A stretch of DNA of 32,000 nucleotides. Origin: Candidatus Methylomirabilis oxygeniifera (GTDB lineage: Bacteria > Methylomirabilota > Methylomirabilia > Methylomirabilales > Methylomirabilaceae). The position numbers and the translations under genes were made by a program. The stretch covers positions 1,290,001 through 1,322,000 of the forward strand of contig FP565575.1 in NCBI GenBank assembly GCA_000091165.1. The letters run 5' to 3'. Below the pieces are notes generated by a model. It worked only from the letters and a program-made list of their open reading frames with translations, searched no databases and was not told the origin of the DNA. Shown here piece by piece: positions 7,998-16,583 of the stretch (its first letter is position 1; the number at the start of each line of letters is the position of its first letter).

Positions 7998-9077
7998 CTA
8001 CCCCGAATCCGAAGGAACATCAATCGGGGAACCGGACCGGTGGTCCCAGTCGGGTCTTATCCCAATTCTAAGCCCAGTCGCTCGATCGAAAAACCTCATC
8101 GCTTGTTCCTCGATGGCGAATTCGTAACGTCGGTCCTGCAGGAAGGTAACCGTACTATCCGAGGGAATCCTGGCCAGGACATGGGCATTTCCGAACTTCT
8201 CCTCTAAACAGCCGTAAACAATTCGCTCGGCCCCCAGATACTCCACTCGCGTCAGGTTGAGCTGAAAGGACGCCAGCTTACCTTGTCCTCTATAGACCTC
8301 CTTCGGAAAAAGATGCTCGGGACGAAGGCCGATGACAACATCCCCATGCTCAACCAGATTCATGGGAGGCGATCCCAGAAAGCCGGCCACAAAGGTATCA
8401 GCCGGCTCGTCGTAGATCTCTTGAGGCGTACCAAGCTGCCTGACCCTCCCTGCATGCATCAAAGCCATCCGGTCTGCAAGCCCCATGGCCTCCATCTGGT
8501 CATGGGTGACATAGAGGGTAGTGGTCCCGATCCGCCGTTGCAACAGCAGAAGCTCCTCTCGAGCTGCGGTCCGAAGTTTTGCATCAAGGTTGGAGAGGGG
8601 CTCATCGAGGAGAAACACCGCCGGCTCTCGCACCAACGCTCTGGCTAAGGCCACTCGTTGCCGCTCGCCTCCGGACAGTTCACGGGGCCTCCGATTAAGC
8701 AGGTCCTCGATCCCGAACATAGCGGCCGCCCACTCTACTTTCTTCTGGATAGCCTCCCGCCCCATTCCCTGGACCTCGAGAGGAAAGGCGATGTTTTTGA
8801 AGACCGTCATATGGGGGTAGAGGGCATAGCTCTGGAAGACCATGGCTACCTGCCTCGCCTGTGGTGGAAGATCGTTCGCCACCCGTCCTCCTATTCGCAC
8901 CTCCCCACACGTGGGTTGCTCTATGCCGGCAACGATTCGAAGAAGCGTGGACTTTCCGCACCCCGATGGCCCCAGGAGGACAAAGAATTCCCCGTCATTG
9001 ACGAGAAGGTCCACGCCATCCACGGCCCGAACTGCTCCGAACTGTTTTGTGACCCCCTTGATTTCAACCGTTGCCAT
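7998..9077 (-). CDS. Carbohydrate ABC transporter ATP-binding protein (MalK/UgpC/SugC family)
   Basis: 359 aa; Walker A LLGPSGCGKSTLLR, signature RELSGGERQRVALARALVREPAVFLLDEPLSNLDAKLR, H-loop YVTHDQMEAM, C-terminal regulatory domain. Confidence 0.96.
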   Translation of the reverse strand: MATVEIKGVTKQFGAVRAVDGVDLLVNDGEFFVLLGPSGCGKSTLLRIVAGIEQPTCGEVRIGGRVANDLPPQARQVAMVFQSYALYPHMTVFKNIAFPLEVQGMGREAIQKKVEWAAAMFGIEDLLNRRPRELSGGERQRVALARALVREPAVFLLDEPLSNLDAKLRTAAREELLLLQRRIGTTTLYVTHDQMEAMGLADRMALMHAGRVRQLGTPQEIYDEPADTFVAGFLGSPPMNLVEHGDVVIGLRPEHLFPKEVYRGQGKLASFQLNLTRVEYLGAERIVYGCLEEKFGNAHVLARIPSDSTVTFLQDRRYEFAIEEQAMRFFDRATGLRIGIRPDWDHRSGSPIDVPSDSG

Positions 9078-9115
9078 ACCCTACTCACCCAATACTGTGA
9101 GCCTGTTTCTCAATT

Positions 9116-9952
9116 CTACCCCTTCACTGAACCGGCCGTGAGACCGGAAACAATACGGCGTTGGAAGAAGAGGACGAGAAGGATCAATGGCGTGGTGACA
9201 ACGATCGTGGCGGCCGCCATCTCTCCCCAGGGAACCTCGTGGAGGCCCGGAAAGAGGGCGATGGCCACAGGGATCGTCCGCATCGCCTCACTTGAGGTGA
9301 AGGTCAGCGCATAGAGGAATTCATTCCAGGCAAAGATAAAGACCAGTATGGCGGCGGTCCCGATCCCCGGCGCCGCGAGGGGGAGGAAGATCCGAACGAA
9401 GACCTGAAACGGTGTGCAACCGTCTACCAGAGCCGCCAGGTACAGCTCGTCGGGGATCTCCCTGAAGACGCTCCACAGGATCCAGATGGCAAGGGGGAGG
9501 GCAAAGGTGGTATAGGGGACAACGAGCCCGGCGTAGGTATCCCGCAATCCCAGGGTTCGGATGATCAGATAGAGGGGACTCACCGCGGCAATAGGAGGGA
9601 ACATGGAGATGGAAAGGACCATGAAGAGTAGGAGGTTTCTTCCTCGGAACTGAAGCTTGGCAATGGCGAACGCAGCAAGGGAGCCGATGGAGAGGCAGGA
9701 CACGGTGGTCAGGGAGGCAACAATCACACTGTTCAGGATAAATCGACCGAATGGGCGGTCTTGAAAGATAGCGAGGTAATGATCGAGGACCGGCCTTGTC
9801 GGAAAGAGCGGCGGCAGACTACTGATCTCGGACGTGGGTTTAAGCGATGTGAGCAGTTGCCACAGGAAGGGTAAGAGGCAGAAGGTAGCCAACCCTGTTA
9901 AGAGGGCCCAAAAGATCGACCGTCTTGCGACCCGCTTTGTCCGGCTACCCAT
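9116..9952 (-). CDS. Carbohydrate ABC transporter permease (MalG family)
   Basis: 278 aa; multi-TM, EAA-type motif DELYLAALVDGCTPFQVFVRIFLPLAAPGIGTAAILVFIFAWNEFLYAL. Confidence 0.94.
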   Translation of the reverse strand: MGSRTKRVARRSIFWALLTGLATFCLLPFLWQLLTSLKPTSEISSLPPLFPTRPVLDHYLAIFQDRPFGRFILNSVIVASLTTVSCLSIGSLAAFAIAKLQFRGRNLLLFMVLSISMFPPIAAVSPLYLIIRTLGLRDTYAGLVVPYTTFALPLAIWILWSVFREIPDELYLAALVDGCTPFQVFVRIFLPLAAPGIGTAAILVFIFAWNEFLYALTFTSSEAMRTIPVAIALFPGLHEVPWGEMAAATIVVTTPLILLVLFFQRRIVSGLTAGSVKG

Positions 9953-10820
9953 GATGCTGCCTCCTCAAGAGGAGGATGCACAGAGTGCTGATGAGCAGGA
10001 CGGTGAGAAACGTCGCCACGGCCACCGTAGAGCCGTAGCCGAACTGAAGGGTCTGGAAAAGGAGCTTGTAGGCGTAGAGGCTTAATGTCTCGGTGGTGTT
10101 GGCCGGTCCGCCTCCCGTCAGTACATAGACCAGATCGAAGAGCCGGAAGGCATCGAGCGTTCTGAAGAGGAGGGCGATCAGGATAAAGGGCAACAGAAGA
10201 GGAAAGGTGATCCGCCGGAAGATCTGCCACCGGCTTGCGCCGTCAACTCTCGCCGCCTCATACACCTCCTCAGGAATCATCTGGAGGCCGGCCAACAGGA
10301 TGAGGGCCGCAAAGGGACTGGTCTTCCAGACGTCGGCCAGGATGAGCGAATGCATGGCCAGGACGCGATCCCCAAGCCAATTGAGTGGGGAGGACAGCAA
10401 GCCTGTCTGCTGCAGAAGGTAATTCAGCAGGCCGAAGTCGGGGTTCAAGATCCATTCCCACATCCTGGCCGAGACCACGGTGGGGATAGCCCAGGGGATG
10501 AGCACGACAGCCCTGAACAAGCCCCGTCCTCGAAAAGACCCATGAAGGAGTATGGCCAGGAGAAGACCGACAGTCAGCTCCAGGGAGACGGAGAGTAGGG
10601 AGAAGTATGCGGTATTCAGGAAGCTCTGCCAAAAGCGAGGGTCTTGGATGAGAAAGCGGTAGTTGTCGAGACCCACGAAGTACGAGATGCCGAACACAGG
10701 CATCCTCCGATCGAGACTGATCCTGAAGGCATTCAGGATCGGGAAGATGGCCACAGCCCCGATCAACAGGCAGGCCGGCAGAATCATAAGCAAGGCCGGC
10801 CTGATCTCGTCCTTTCTCAT
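9945..10820 (-). CDS. Carbohydrate ABC transporter permease (MalF family)
   Basis: 291 aa; VVLIPWAIPTVVSARMWEWILNPDFG, EEVYEAARVDGASRWQIFRRITFPLLLPFI, YVLTGGGPANTTETLSLYAYKLLF. Confidence 0.95.
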   Translation of the reverse strand: MRKDEIRPALLMILPACLLIGAVAIFPILNAFRISLDRRMPVFGISYFVGLDNYRFLIQDPRFWQSFLNTAYFSLLSVSLELTVGLLLAILLHGSFRGRGLFRAVVLIPWAIPTVVSARMWEWILNPDFGLLNYLLQQTGLLSSPLNWLGDRVLAMHSLILADVWKTSPFAALILLAGLQMIPEEVYEAARVDGASRWQIFRRITFPLLLPFILIALLFRTLDAFRLFDLVYVLTGGGPANTTETLSLYAYKLLFQTLQFGYGSTVAVATFLTVLLISTLCILLLRRQHHG

Positions 10821-12112
10821 TCCACCTCCAGCTTCAAGATGTGCTCGATGAGTCGGGAGGCGTCCTCCAGAGCCCGCTCAGGCGGTTTCACCCCCATGAT
10901 GGCCGCGCTCAGCTCCGGTTGGAGGAGTTGGGAGATCATGAGGTAGAAGGGAGTGACAGGCCTGGGACGCGCCCGGCGCATCGCCTCGTACAGAGGCGGG
11001 ATAAAGGGGTTCGCCATTTTGAGCTCTGCATCGTGATAGAGGGGATCACGCGCCGGTGGAAACCCGAGCTCGATTGCCAGAACCTTCTGAGCGGCCTGAC
11101 TGGTCAGGAACTCGACGAGTCTCCGGGCGGGGTCCGGACGTGTTGAGAAACGGTTGACCCCGAGCAACCAGCCGCCCAGTGTCGGAGCACTTTGATACCC
11201 CTCAAAGGAAGGGAGCGGGGCAATGCCGACCCTCCCTCGTACCTTGGAACCTTTATGCCCGTATAGCGCCAAGGCGTAGGGCCAGTTCCGCATGAAAATC
11301 GCTCGGCCGGCTCCGAAGAGGTGACGGGTCGCCTCCTCATCCGCCGATGTCACAAGGGGCGGAGAGACTTTGTTGACAGCAATGAGGTCATGCATCAACT
11401 GGAGAGCCTCAACAGCCTGCTTATCCCGAAGGGCCGACCGGCGCCCATCCAGAACACTACCCCCATTTCCGTGGATGAACTCCAGAGCGACACAGATCAA
11501 CCCTTCATATTGCTTCCCCTGCCAGACGAACCCCTTCAGATCAGGATCCTGTTCCCCTTCCAGGATGGCCCTCGCCTGTCGGGACAGCTCCTTGAAGGTT
11601 CGGGGAGGCGCGAATCCATACTTCGAGAGCAAGTCCTTTCGGAAGTAGAGGATTCCAGCGTTCGCGAACCAGGGGACAGCATAGATTTGATCTTTATAGG
11701 TTGCGGCTTCAACAGGGCCTGGCAGAAACTCCGCTAATCCCTTGACCCCTAATCCCGGCGTGAGATCCAGGAGCCACCCCGCTCTGGCGAACTCCTGGAT
11801 CCAGATGACGTCCAGCGCAAACACGTCAAAGGCCGCGGACTTGCCCTCGAGGGCTGTCACGTAGAACTGATGCTGCTGGTCCGTAGAGGTGGGGAGGACC
11901 TCCTCGATCACCTTAACCCCAGGGTTCTGCCGCTCAAACGCCTCGATCAGCCCGGAAAGGGCTTCAGGAGATGGGACCTTAAAATGGGCGAACACGATCC
12001 TCGCTCCGCCCTCTACGTCCGTCATGCCCCCTTCCCTGGCGCACCCGGCAAGGATGGAGAGGACAATGATGAAGAACGCTCCACATCCCGGCCTAGAGAT
12101 GGGAGATCTCAT
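10817..12112 (-). CDS. Carbohydrate ABC transporter substrate-binding lipoprotein
   Basis: From ATG at 12112: MRSPISRPGCGAFFIIVLSILAGCAREGG (lipobox LAGC), then ARIVFAHFKVPSPEALSGLIEAFERQNPGVKVIEEVLPTSTDQQHQFYVTAL...FDVFALDVIWIQEFARAGWLLDLT. The track ORF extends to 12220 inside the upstream gene. Confidence 0.92.
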   Translation of the reverse strand: MRSPISRPGCGAFFIIVLSILAGCAREGGMTDVEGGARIVFAHFKVPSPEALSGLIEAFERQNPGVKVIEEVLPTSTDQQHQFYVTALEGKSAAFDVFALDVIWIQEFARAGWLLDLTPGLGVKGLAEFLPGPVEAATYKDQIYAVPWFANAGILYFRKDLLSKYGFAPPRTFKELSRQARAILEGEQDPDLKGFVWQGKQYEGLICVALEFIHGNGGSVLDGRRSALRDKQAVEALQLMHDLIAVNKVSPPLVTSADEEATRHLFGAGRAIFMRNWPYALALYGHKGSKVRGRVGIAPLPSFEGYQSAPTLGGWLLGVNRFSTRPDPARRLVEFLTSQAAQKVLAIELGFPPARDPLYHDAELKMANPFIPPLYEAMRRARPRPVTPFYLMISQLLQPELSAAIMGVKPPERALEDASRLIEHILKLEVE

Positions 12113-12800
12113 CCTTCTCCTCCTGATCCTTCTCGCTGCGGAGGCGGCGTTCGAGCAGTTCCCTGGCCAGGTCCCTCCCGCCCAGGCCAAAGGCCAGCGC
12201 CAGGGCGAGCACGACGCCACCGAAGGCGATCGAGAAGGCCGCCACCACCATCTCTTTGGCGATCCCTAATTGGGTGAGGACCGTCGCCGCAGTGAAGATC
12301 AGGACGCCCCACCGAATCAGGGTGGCGATGAAGTGTGCCCCCCGAAGTTGAGCATTGACGGCCGCAATCAGGGCCCCTTGGGCCAAAAAGATGGCGAGCA
12401 GCCATCCGGCCCAGAGGAGGAGAAGGGCGGTCAGGAGTTGGGGTAAGAAGTCCAGAGCGCCTGTGGTAATTCGAGTGGCCGCCGGCAGGTTCAAGGCGTC
12501 GATCCCCATGAAGGTAAACACAAGAAAGACGGCCCAGAAGCTCAGGCGGCCGACAAGGTAGGAGCAGGGTCGTCTCACCCCTGCCTTGGTCAGAGACTGG
12601 CTCAACCCCCATCGCTCACAGAGCGGATCGAACTTTACAGCCAACAGGATCCGGTGGAGGAGACTTTTCACGATCCACCCCGCCACGAGGCCGATGACGA
12701 CGAGAGTCAGCATAGCCAGGATGTTGGGCAGAAAGAGGGTCAGCCGCTGACCGGTATTTCGAACGGCATCGAGTATCGCCTCTTGCCATAGCTCATTCAT
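12093..12800 (-). CDS. MscS-like transmembrane-helix protein (small, apparently without the soluble beta/C-terminal domain)
   Basis: 235 aa; MLTLVVIGLVAGWIVKSLLHRILLAVKFD..., LPQLLTALLLLWAGWLLAIFLAQGALIAAVN, AFSIAFGGVVLALALAFGLGGRDLARELLERRLRS. Confidence 0.75.
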   Translation of the reverse strand: MNELWQEAILDAVRNTGQRLTLFLPNILAMLTLVVIGLVAGWIVKSLLHRILLAVKFDPLCERWGLSQSLTKAGVRRPCSYLVGRLSFWAVFLVFTFMGIDALNLPAATRITTGALDFLPQLLTALLLLWAGWLLAIFLAQGALIAAVNAQLRGAHFIATLIRWGVLIFTAATVLTQLGIAKEMVVAAFSIAFGGVVLALALAFGLGGRDLARELLERRLRSEKDQEEKDEISHL

Positions 12801-12804
12801 GGTT

Positions 12805-14058
12805 TTACCTCCAACGCGCCACCAGATACGGCTTCATCGCTTCGAACCGTTCAGCCATCGTTTCGATGACCCCTTCGACCTGCTGATGACCGCTCTCTTG
12901 CGTCTCCAGGACGAAAGAGGCGGTTCTGCCGAGGTAGAGCGGGGTCAGGGCCTTGAGCAGATGCTCAAGATGCATGACCCGATGATGGTAGGCCAGCGCG
13001 AAATCGTACACGACAGCGACCCAGACATCCATCGGAAACCGGAACTCCTCCGTCTCCAATGGAGCGATGACCAGCAGTTCGGCCAAGGTCTCCGGGGCCA
13101 GAATGATCTCCCAGATAGGTAATAGGTCGCGAACGCCCTGCTCAAAGGCGCTCACCATCCGTTCTACGTTCACCGAGACATGCTCCACTTCCACCTCGCG
13201 TGACGGTCCGAAGATGGGGACAGGATTCGATCCTTGCGTCGCCTGCCACACGCCCTGGTACTCCTCCATGAGGCTGAAAAGGGAGCCCACCACCTGCACC
13301 AGCATCCCGGCGAGATGCTGCCCCGGATCTTTGTGCTCGTGAATCTTGGCCCCGAGGAACGCCTGGCAGATCCGGTATCGCTCGGCGGCCGCGGTGACCG
13401 TCATCCAGATATCGATCCCGAAACGGGCCACATCGGTCTCCCATACCTGCTTGGTGAGATACAGGGCGGCCAGCTTCCCTGAAAAGCCGAAGTCGCCACC
13501 GATAGGCTGTCGAATCTGTTGGCCATACAGGGTCCTGGTCAAGGGGTAGACAATACTGTTCGTAATGGTCCCGTCGTACTTGTGCCGATGGTACAGCGGC
13601 GCCACATAATCGAACCCCTCCTCGTAGACGGGTCGGATCAGTCGATCCACCCACTCGGGCGAAATAGAGCGAAGGTCCGAGTCGACGACCGCACAGGCTT
13701 GCACCTGCAGCGCTTCGGCAATCTTGAAGATTGTTCGAAAGGCGCTCCCCTTGCCGGGAATCCCATGATAGGGCGTGATGATCTTGTGGATGGGAGGCAC
13801 GGGATGTTGAACCAGCAGGAGGGAGGGGTCTTCAAGAGCAGCCTCAACAACCTGTGAGGTCCCGTCCTGAGAGCCTCCATCGGAGTTGACAATGACGGAT
13901 CGAGCGCGCGGAAAGTACATGGCGAGTCCGGAGGCAACGGTCTTGACCACGTCCCCGATCGTGGCAGCGTTGTTGTAGCTCGGGATTCCGATCAGGATGT
14001 CGGCCTTCCTGATCTCGTGCAGCCTTTCCAACACGGGTTCATAGAGGAACTGTTCCAC
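12805..14058 (-). CDS. Glycosyltransferase (GT-A fold, related to glucosyl-3-phosphoglycerate synthase-type enzymes); candidate mannosylglucosyl-3-phosphoglycerate synthase
   Basis: ILIGIPSYNNAATIGDVVKTV...VIVNSDGGSQDGT...GKGSAFRTIFKIAEALQVQACAVVDSDLRSISPEWV...PIGGDFGFSGKLA...FGIDIWMTVTAAAE. Start is approximate (GTG at 14058); the track ORF to 14358 overlaps the upstream gene. Confidence 0.8.
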   Translation of the reverse strand: MEQFLYEPVLERLHEIRKADILIGIPSYNNAATIGDVVKTVASGLAMYFPRARSVIVNSDGGSQDGTSQVVEAALEDPSLLLVQHPVPPIHKIITPYHGIPGKGSAFRTIFKIAEALQVQACAVVDSDLRSISPEWVDRLIRPVYEEGFDYVAPLYHRHKYDGTITNSIVYPLTRTLYGQQIRQPIGGDFGFSGKLAALYLTKQVWETDVARFGIDIWMTVTAAAERYRICQAFLGAKIHEHKDPGQHLAGMLVQVVGSLFSLMEEYQGVWQATQGSNPVPIFGPSREVEVEHVSVNVERMVSAFEQGVRDLLPIWEIILAPETLAELLVIAPLETEEFRFPMDVWVAVVYDFALAYHHRVMHLEHLLKALTPLYLGRTASFVLETQESGHQQVEGVIETMAERFEAMKPYLVARWR

Positions 14059-14063
14059 CTTCT

Positions 14064-14906
14064 TCAGTCCTCGCGGACGAGCAGCTCCAAGACGGCCGTT
14101 CGCCAGCCGTACGGCCCGATCCCCTGGGCACGGATGAGATTGGGGATCCTGACCGTCTGGTCGTACTTCCCGTCGATCCGTTGGACGAGGATGGGGATAT
14201 CTACAGCCTGAAGCATGGGAAGGTCGTTGTGGCTGTCCCCAATACCTACCGTACGCACCCTTCCAGAGGCCTGCCGAAAAAGCTCGGTCAACGTTGAGAC
14301 CGCTCTCCCCTTGTCGTTGCACCCGGTGAGGTGGTCGAACCTCCCTCCCCGCATACACAGGAAACCCCGCTCCCTCAAAAGCGCTTTCATCCGTTCCGCT
14401 TCTTCTTCCGACTCATCGACAAAGAAGGGTTCGTCGTACTCCCGCTCCTTGGCCAGGCATGCCTTCTTCAAAGGAAGTCCGGTGAGCCGAGCTACTTCTT
14501 CCGCGCTCAGATCCGAAAAGCCCACGGCCTTGACGCCGCTATCCTTCCTTGCCATTTTCAAAGCTGCGACCAGTTGGGAGTAAGGACTACCAGTCTCAAT
14601 AACGTAGTACCCGGCGATCTTTCTCTGGTAAGGATAGGCAAAGGCGAAATACCCTTTAGGAATAAAGGCAGCACCGCCGTTCTCCACAACAAACGGGTGG
14701 CGGTTGTTGAGGGCACGGCGATAGCACTCCACTTCCGCCCTCGTCTTACTCGTACAAAGAACGAGAGGGATCCCTCTCCGCTCGACCTCTTGCAGGGCTT
14801 CCTGGGCCGGATCGAAACTGTACGTCTTATGGTCCAGCAACGTCCCATCCAGATCGGTAAAGATGAGAAGGGGGGGGCTCTGCTCCGGACTATGCGTTAT
14901 CAGCAT
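14064..14906 (-). CDS. HAD-IIB phosphatase, mannosyl-3-phosphoglycerate phosphatase (MPGP) family
   Basis: 280 aa; LLIFTDLDGTLLDHKTYSFDPAQEAL, IPLVLCTSKTRAEVECYRRAL, PFVVENGGAAFIP, GGRFDHLTGCNDKGRAV, VGIGDSHNDLPMLQAVDIPILVQ. Confidence 0.92.
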   Translation of the reverse strand: MLITHSPEQSPPLLIFTDLDGTLLDHKTYSFDPAQEALQEVERRGIPLVLCTSKTRAEVECYRRALNNRHPFVVENGGAAFIPKGYFAFAYPYQRKIAGYYVIETGSPYSQLVAALKMARKDSGVKAVGFSDLSAEEVARLTGLPLKKACLAKEREYDEPFFVDESEEEAERMKALLRERGFLCMRGGRFDHLTGCNDKGRAVSTLTELFRQASGRVRTVGIGDSHNDLPMLQAVDIPILVQRIDGKYDQTVRIPNLIRAQGIGPYGWRTAVLELLVRED

Positions 14907-16098
14907 CCACCGCCTCCCGAAGCCGGATCAAGAAATCGGGGACCGCTGCCAGGACACGGTTCCAGTTCGGGATCAAAGGGAGACCCAGCGGATCGGCCAG
15001 GAACGTCTCAATCGCCAACTGGATGGCCTTCGCGAAGGCCTCGACGGCCTGCCCTTCCTGATGTTGGTCGTATACCAGCCGGTTGATATACGCGTCATTC
15101 TGGTAGCGGCTCAGCATATCGCGGGCTGTTCTAATATAGGTGATCGGCAGGGTCTTCAGGAGCCCATCGGACAGGAGGGTGCCCTCTTCAGCCAATGTCC
15201 TCAGGATGCTCTTTGTGATATCAATCGCCATCCGCGTCAGACCCTTGGTCGGATCGGTCGCGGACAGATCCTGATGCTTGTGTTCATAGGTATCGGCAAG
15301 GTCGACCTGACAGACCCTGCCTACGGCACAGTTCCGGTAGACCTGGGCCAGCACCCCGACCTCCAGTCCCCAATCCCACGGAATCCTGTTCACCCGGGCA
15401 AGATCGGCAATCATGGCGAATTCTCCGGCTAATGGGTATCTGAAGCTATCGAGGTAGGTCAAGAACGGTTGCGGGCCCAAAATCCGCTGGAGAGCACGGA
15501 TGAGGGGTACCACCAGGAGCCTGACGGCCCGCCCGTGCAGTCGATCGGTTACCCGGCTGTAGTAGCCTTTTGCAAACTCGAACGCCAATCGCGGATTTGC
15601 CACCGGATAACAGAGTCTGGCAAGCAGCTCTCGATGGTAGGTCAAGATGTCGCAATCGTGCAGGGCGATGACGTCGCTTTGGCCACGGGCCAGGACGTAG
15701 CCGAATGTCATCCACGCCGACCTCCCCTTGCCGTCAGGTCCCGCCGAGATACCGCGTTCCTCCAGCAGTTGGTAGAGGGCCTGGATCCTGGGCCCGTCGT
15801 TCCAGAGCAGGAGCGGCGCTTGCGGAAGAGGCGCAAAGAACGCCTTGGCCCGCAGGAACTCCTCTTCGCCGGCCCGTCCAAGACCAACGACGATCTCTCG
15901 CAGATACCGGACCTGGGCCAGTTCATCGACAATCCTGGGTAGCGCCTCCCCCTCCAGTTCAGAGTAGAGGCATGGCAGCACCAAGGCGATAGGTCGATAC
16001 AGCAGCGTTTCTTCCAGCTCCTTCTCAAGCTGCTCCAGGTTTGGTTTGCCGAGTCGATGGAGCGTCGTAATCACACCTGTCTGATGGAAGTCACTCAT
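14890..16098 (-). CDS. gpgS: Glucosyl-3-phosphoglycerate synthase (GpgS-like glycosyltransferase)
   Basis: From ATG at 16098: MSDFHQTGVITTLHRLGKPNLEQLEKELEETLLYRPIALVLPCLYSELEGEALPRIVDEL...GKGRSAWMTFGYVLARGQSDVIALHDCDILTYHRELLARLCYPV...LSATDPTKGLTRMAIDI. Confidence 0.85.
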   Translation of the reverse strand: MSDFHQTGVITTLHRLGKPNLEQLEKELEETLLYRPIALVLPCLYSELEGEALPRIVDELAQVRYLREIVVGLGRAGEEEFLRAKAFFAPLPQAPLLLWNDGPRIQALYQLLEERGISAGPDGKGRSAWMTFGYVLARGQSDVIALHDCDILTYHRELLARLCYPVANPRLAFEFAKGYYSRVTDRLHGRAVRLLVVPLIRALQRILGPQPFLTYLDSFRYPLAGEFAMIADLARVNRIPWDWGLEVGVLAQVYRNCAVGRVCQVDLADTYEHKHQDLSATDPTKGLTRMAIDITKSILRTLAEEGTLLSDGLLKTLPITYIRTARDMLSRYQNDAYINRLVYDQHQEGQAVEAFAKAIQLAIETFLADPLGLPLIPNWNRVLAAVPDFLIRLREAVDADNA

Positions 16099-16123
16099 CC
16101 GATTTCCTCCAATTAAACCATCG

Positions 16124-16519
16124 TTACGCTTCGCCGACCTTCTGCTCGATGGCCTTCTTGACCATCTGGACGAGAACCAACATCCCGAAAGGTTTCGCAA
16201 GATAGGCTGTCGCCCCCTTCCCCATGGCTTCCACGCACGTCTCCCGGTCGCCGAAGGCGGTGATGAGGATGACCTGAGCCTCGGGCTGGAGGCGCTTGAT
16301 CTCAGGGAGGATCTCCAGTCCGCTCATGTCGGTCATGATCTTGTCGAGGACGATCACGTCATATGAGGTTCCTCGAATCTCAACAAGCGCCTCTGATCCA
16401 TTCGCAGCCTGAGTGATGCGAAACCCTTCCCTGGTAAGGACGTCCTCAAGAAGCCGGCGCATCTCCTGATCGTCATCCACCACCAGGACCTTCGGCTCGT
16501 ACAATTCGTATAGGTCCAT
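16124..16519 (-). CDS. Stand-alone receiver-domain response regulator
   Basis: 131 aa from ATG at 16519: MDLYELYEPKVLVVDDDQEMRRLLEDVLTREGFRITQAANGSEALVEIRGTSYDVIVLDKIMTDMSGLEIL...VILITAFGDRET...GATAYLAKPFGM; no output domain. Confidence 0.9.
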   Translation of the reverse strand: MDLYELYEPKVLVVDDDQEMRRLLEDVLTREGFRITQAANGSEALVEIRGTSYDVIVLDKIMTDMSGLEILPEIKRLQPEAQVILITAFGDRETCVEAMGKGATAYLAKPFGMLVLVQMVKKAIEQKVGEA

Positions 16520-16583
16520 TGACCGAACCTCCTGTTGCGCAATAGCCGCTCTCTTTCCATGCATGCTCACACTCGGTTCACAC

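Noticed and set aside
7703-8127. Overlapping plus-strand ORFs 7703-8071 and 7861-8127
   Set aside because: Low-complexity, mutually overlapping and partly antisense to the ABC ATPase gene; the region is better read as an intergenic regulatory gap.
14059-14358. N-terminal 100 residues of the glycosyltransferase ORF
   Set aside because: Lies entirely inside the phosphatase gene, rich in R/P/H with no fold signature; the homologous-looking protein starts around VEQFLYEPVLERL.
14331-15086. 251-aa plus-strand ORF
   Set aside because: Antisense to the MPGP-like phosphatase and GpgS genes; composition typical of a shadow frame.
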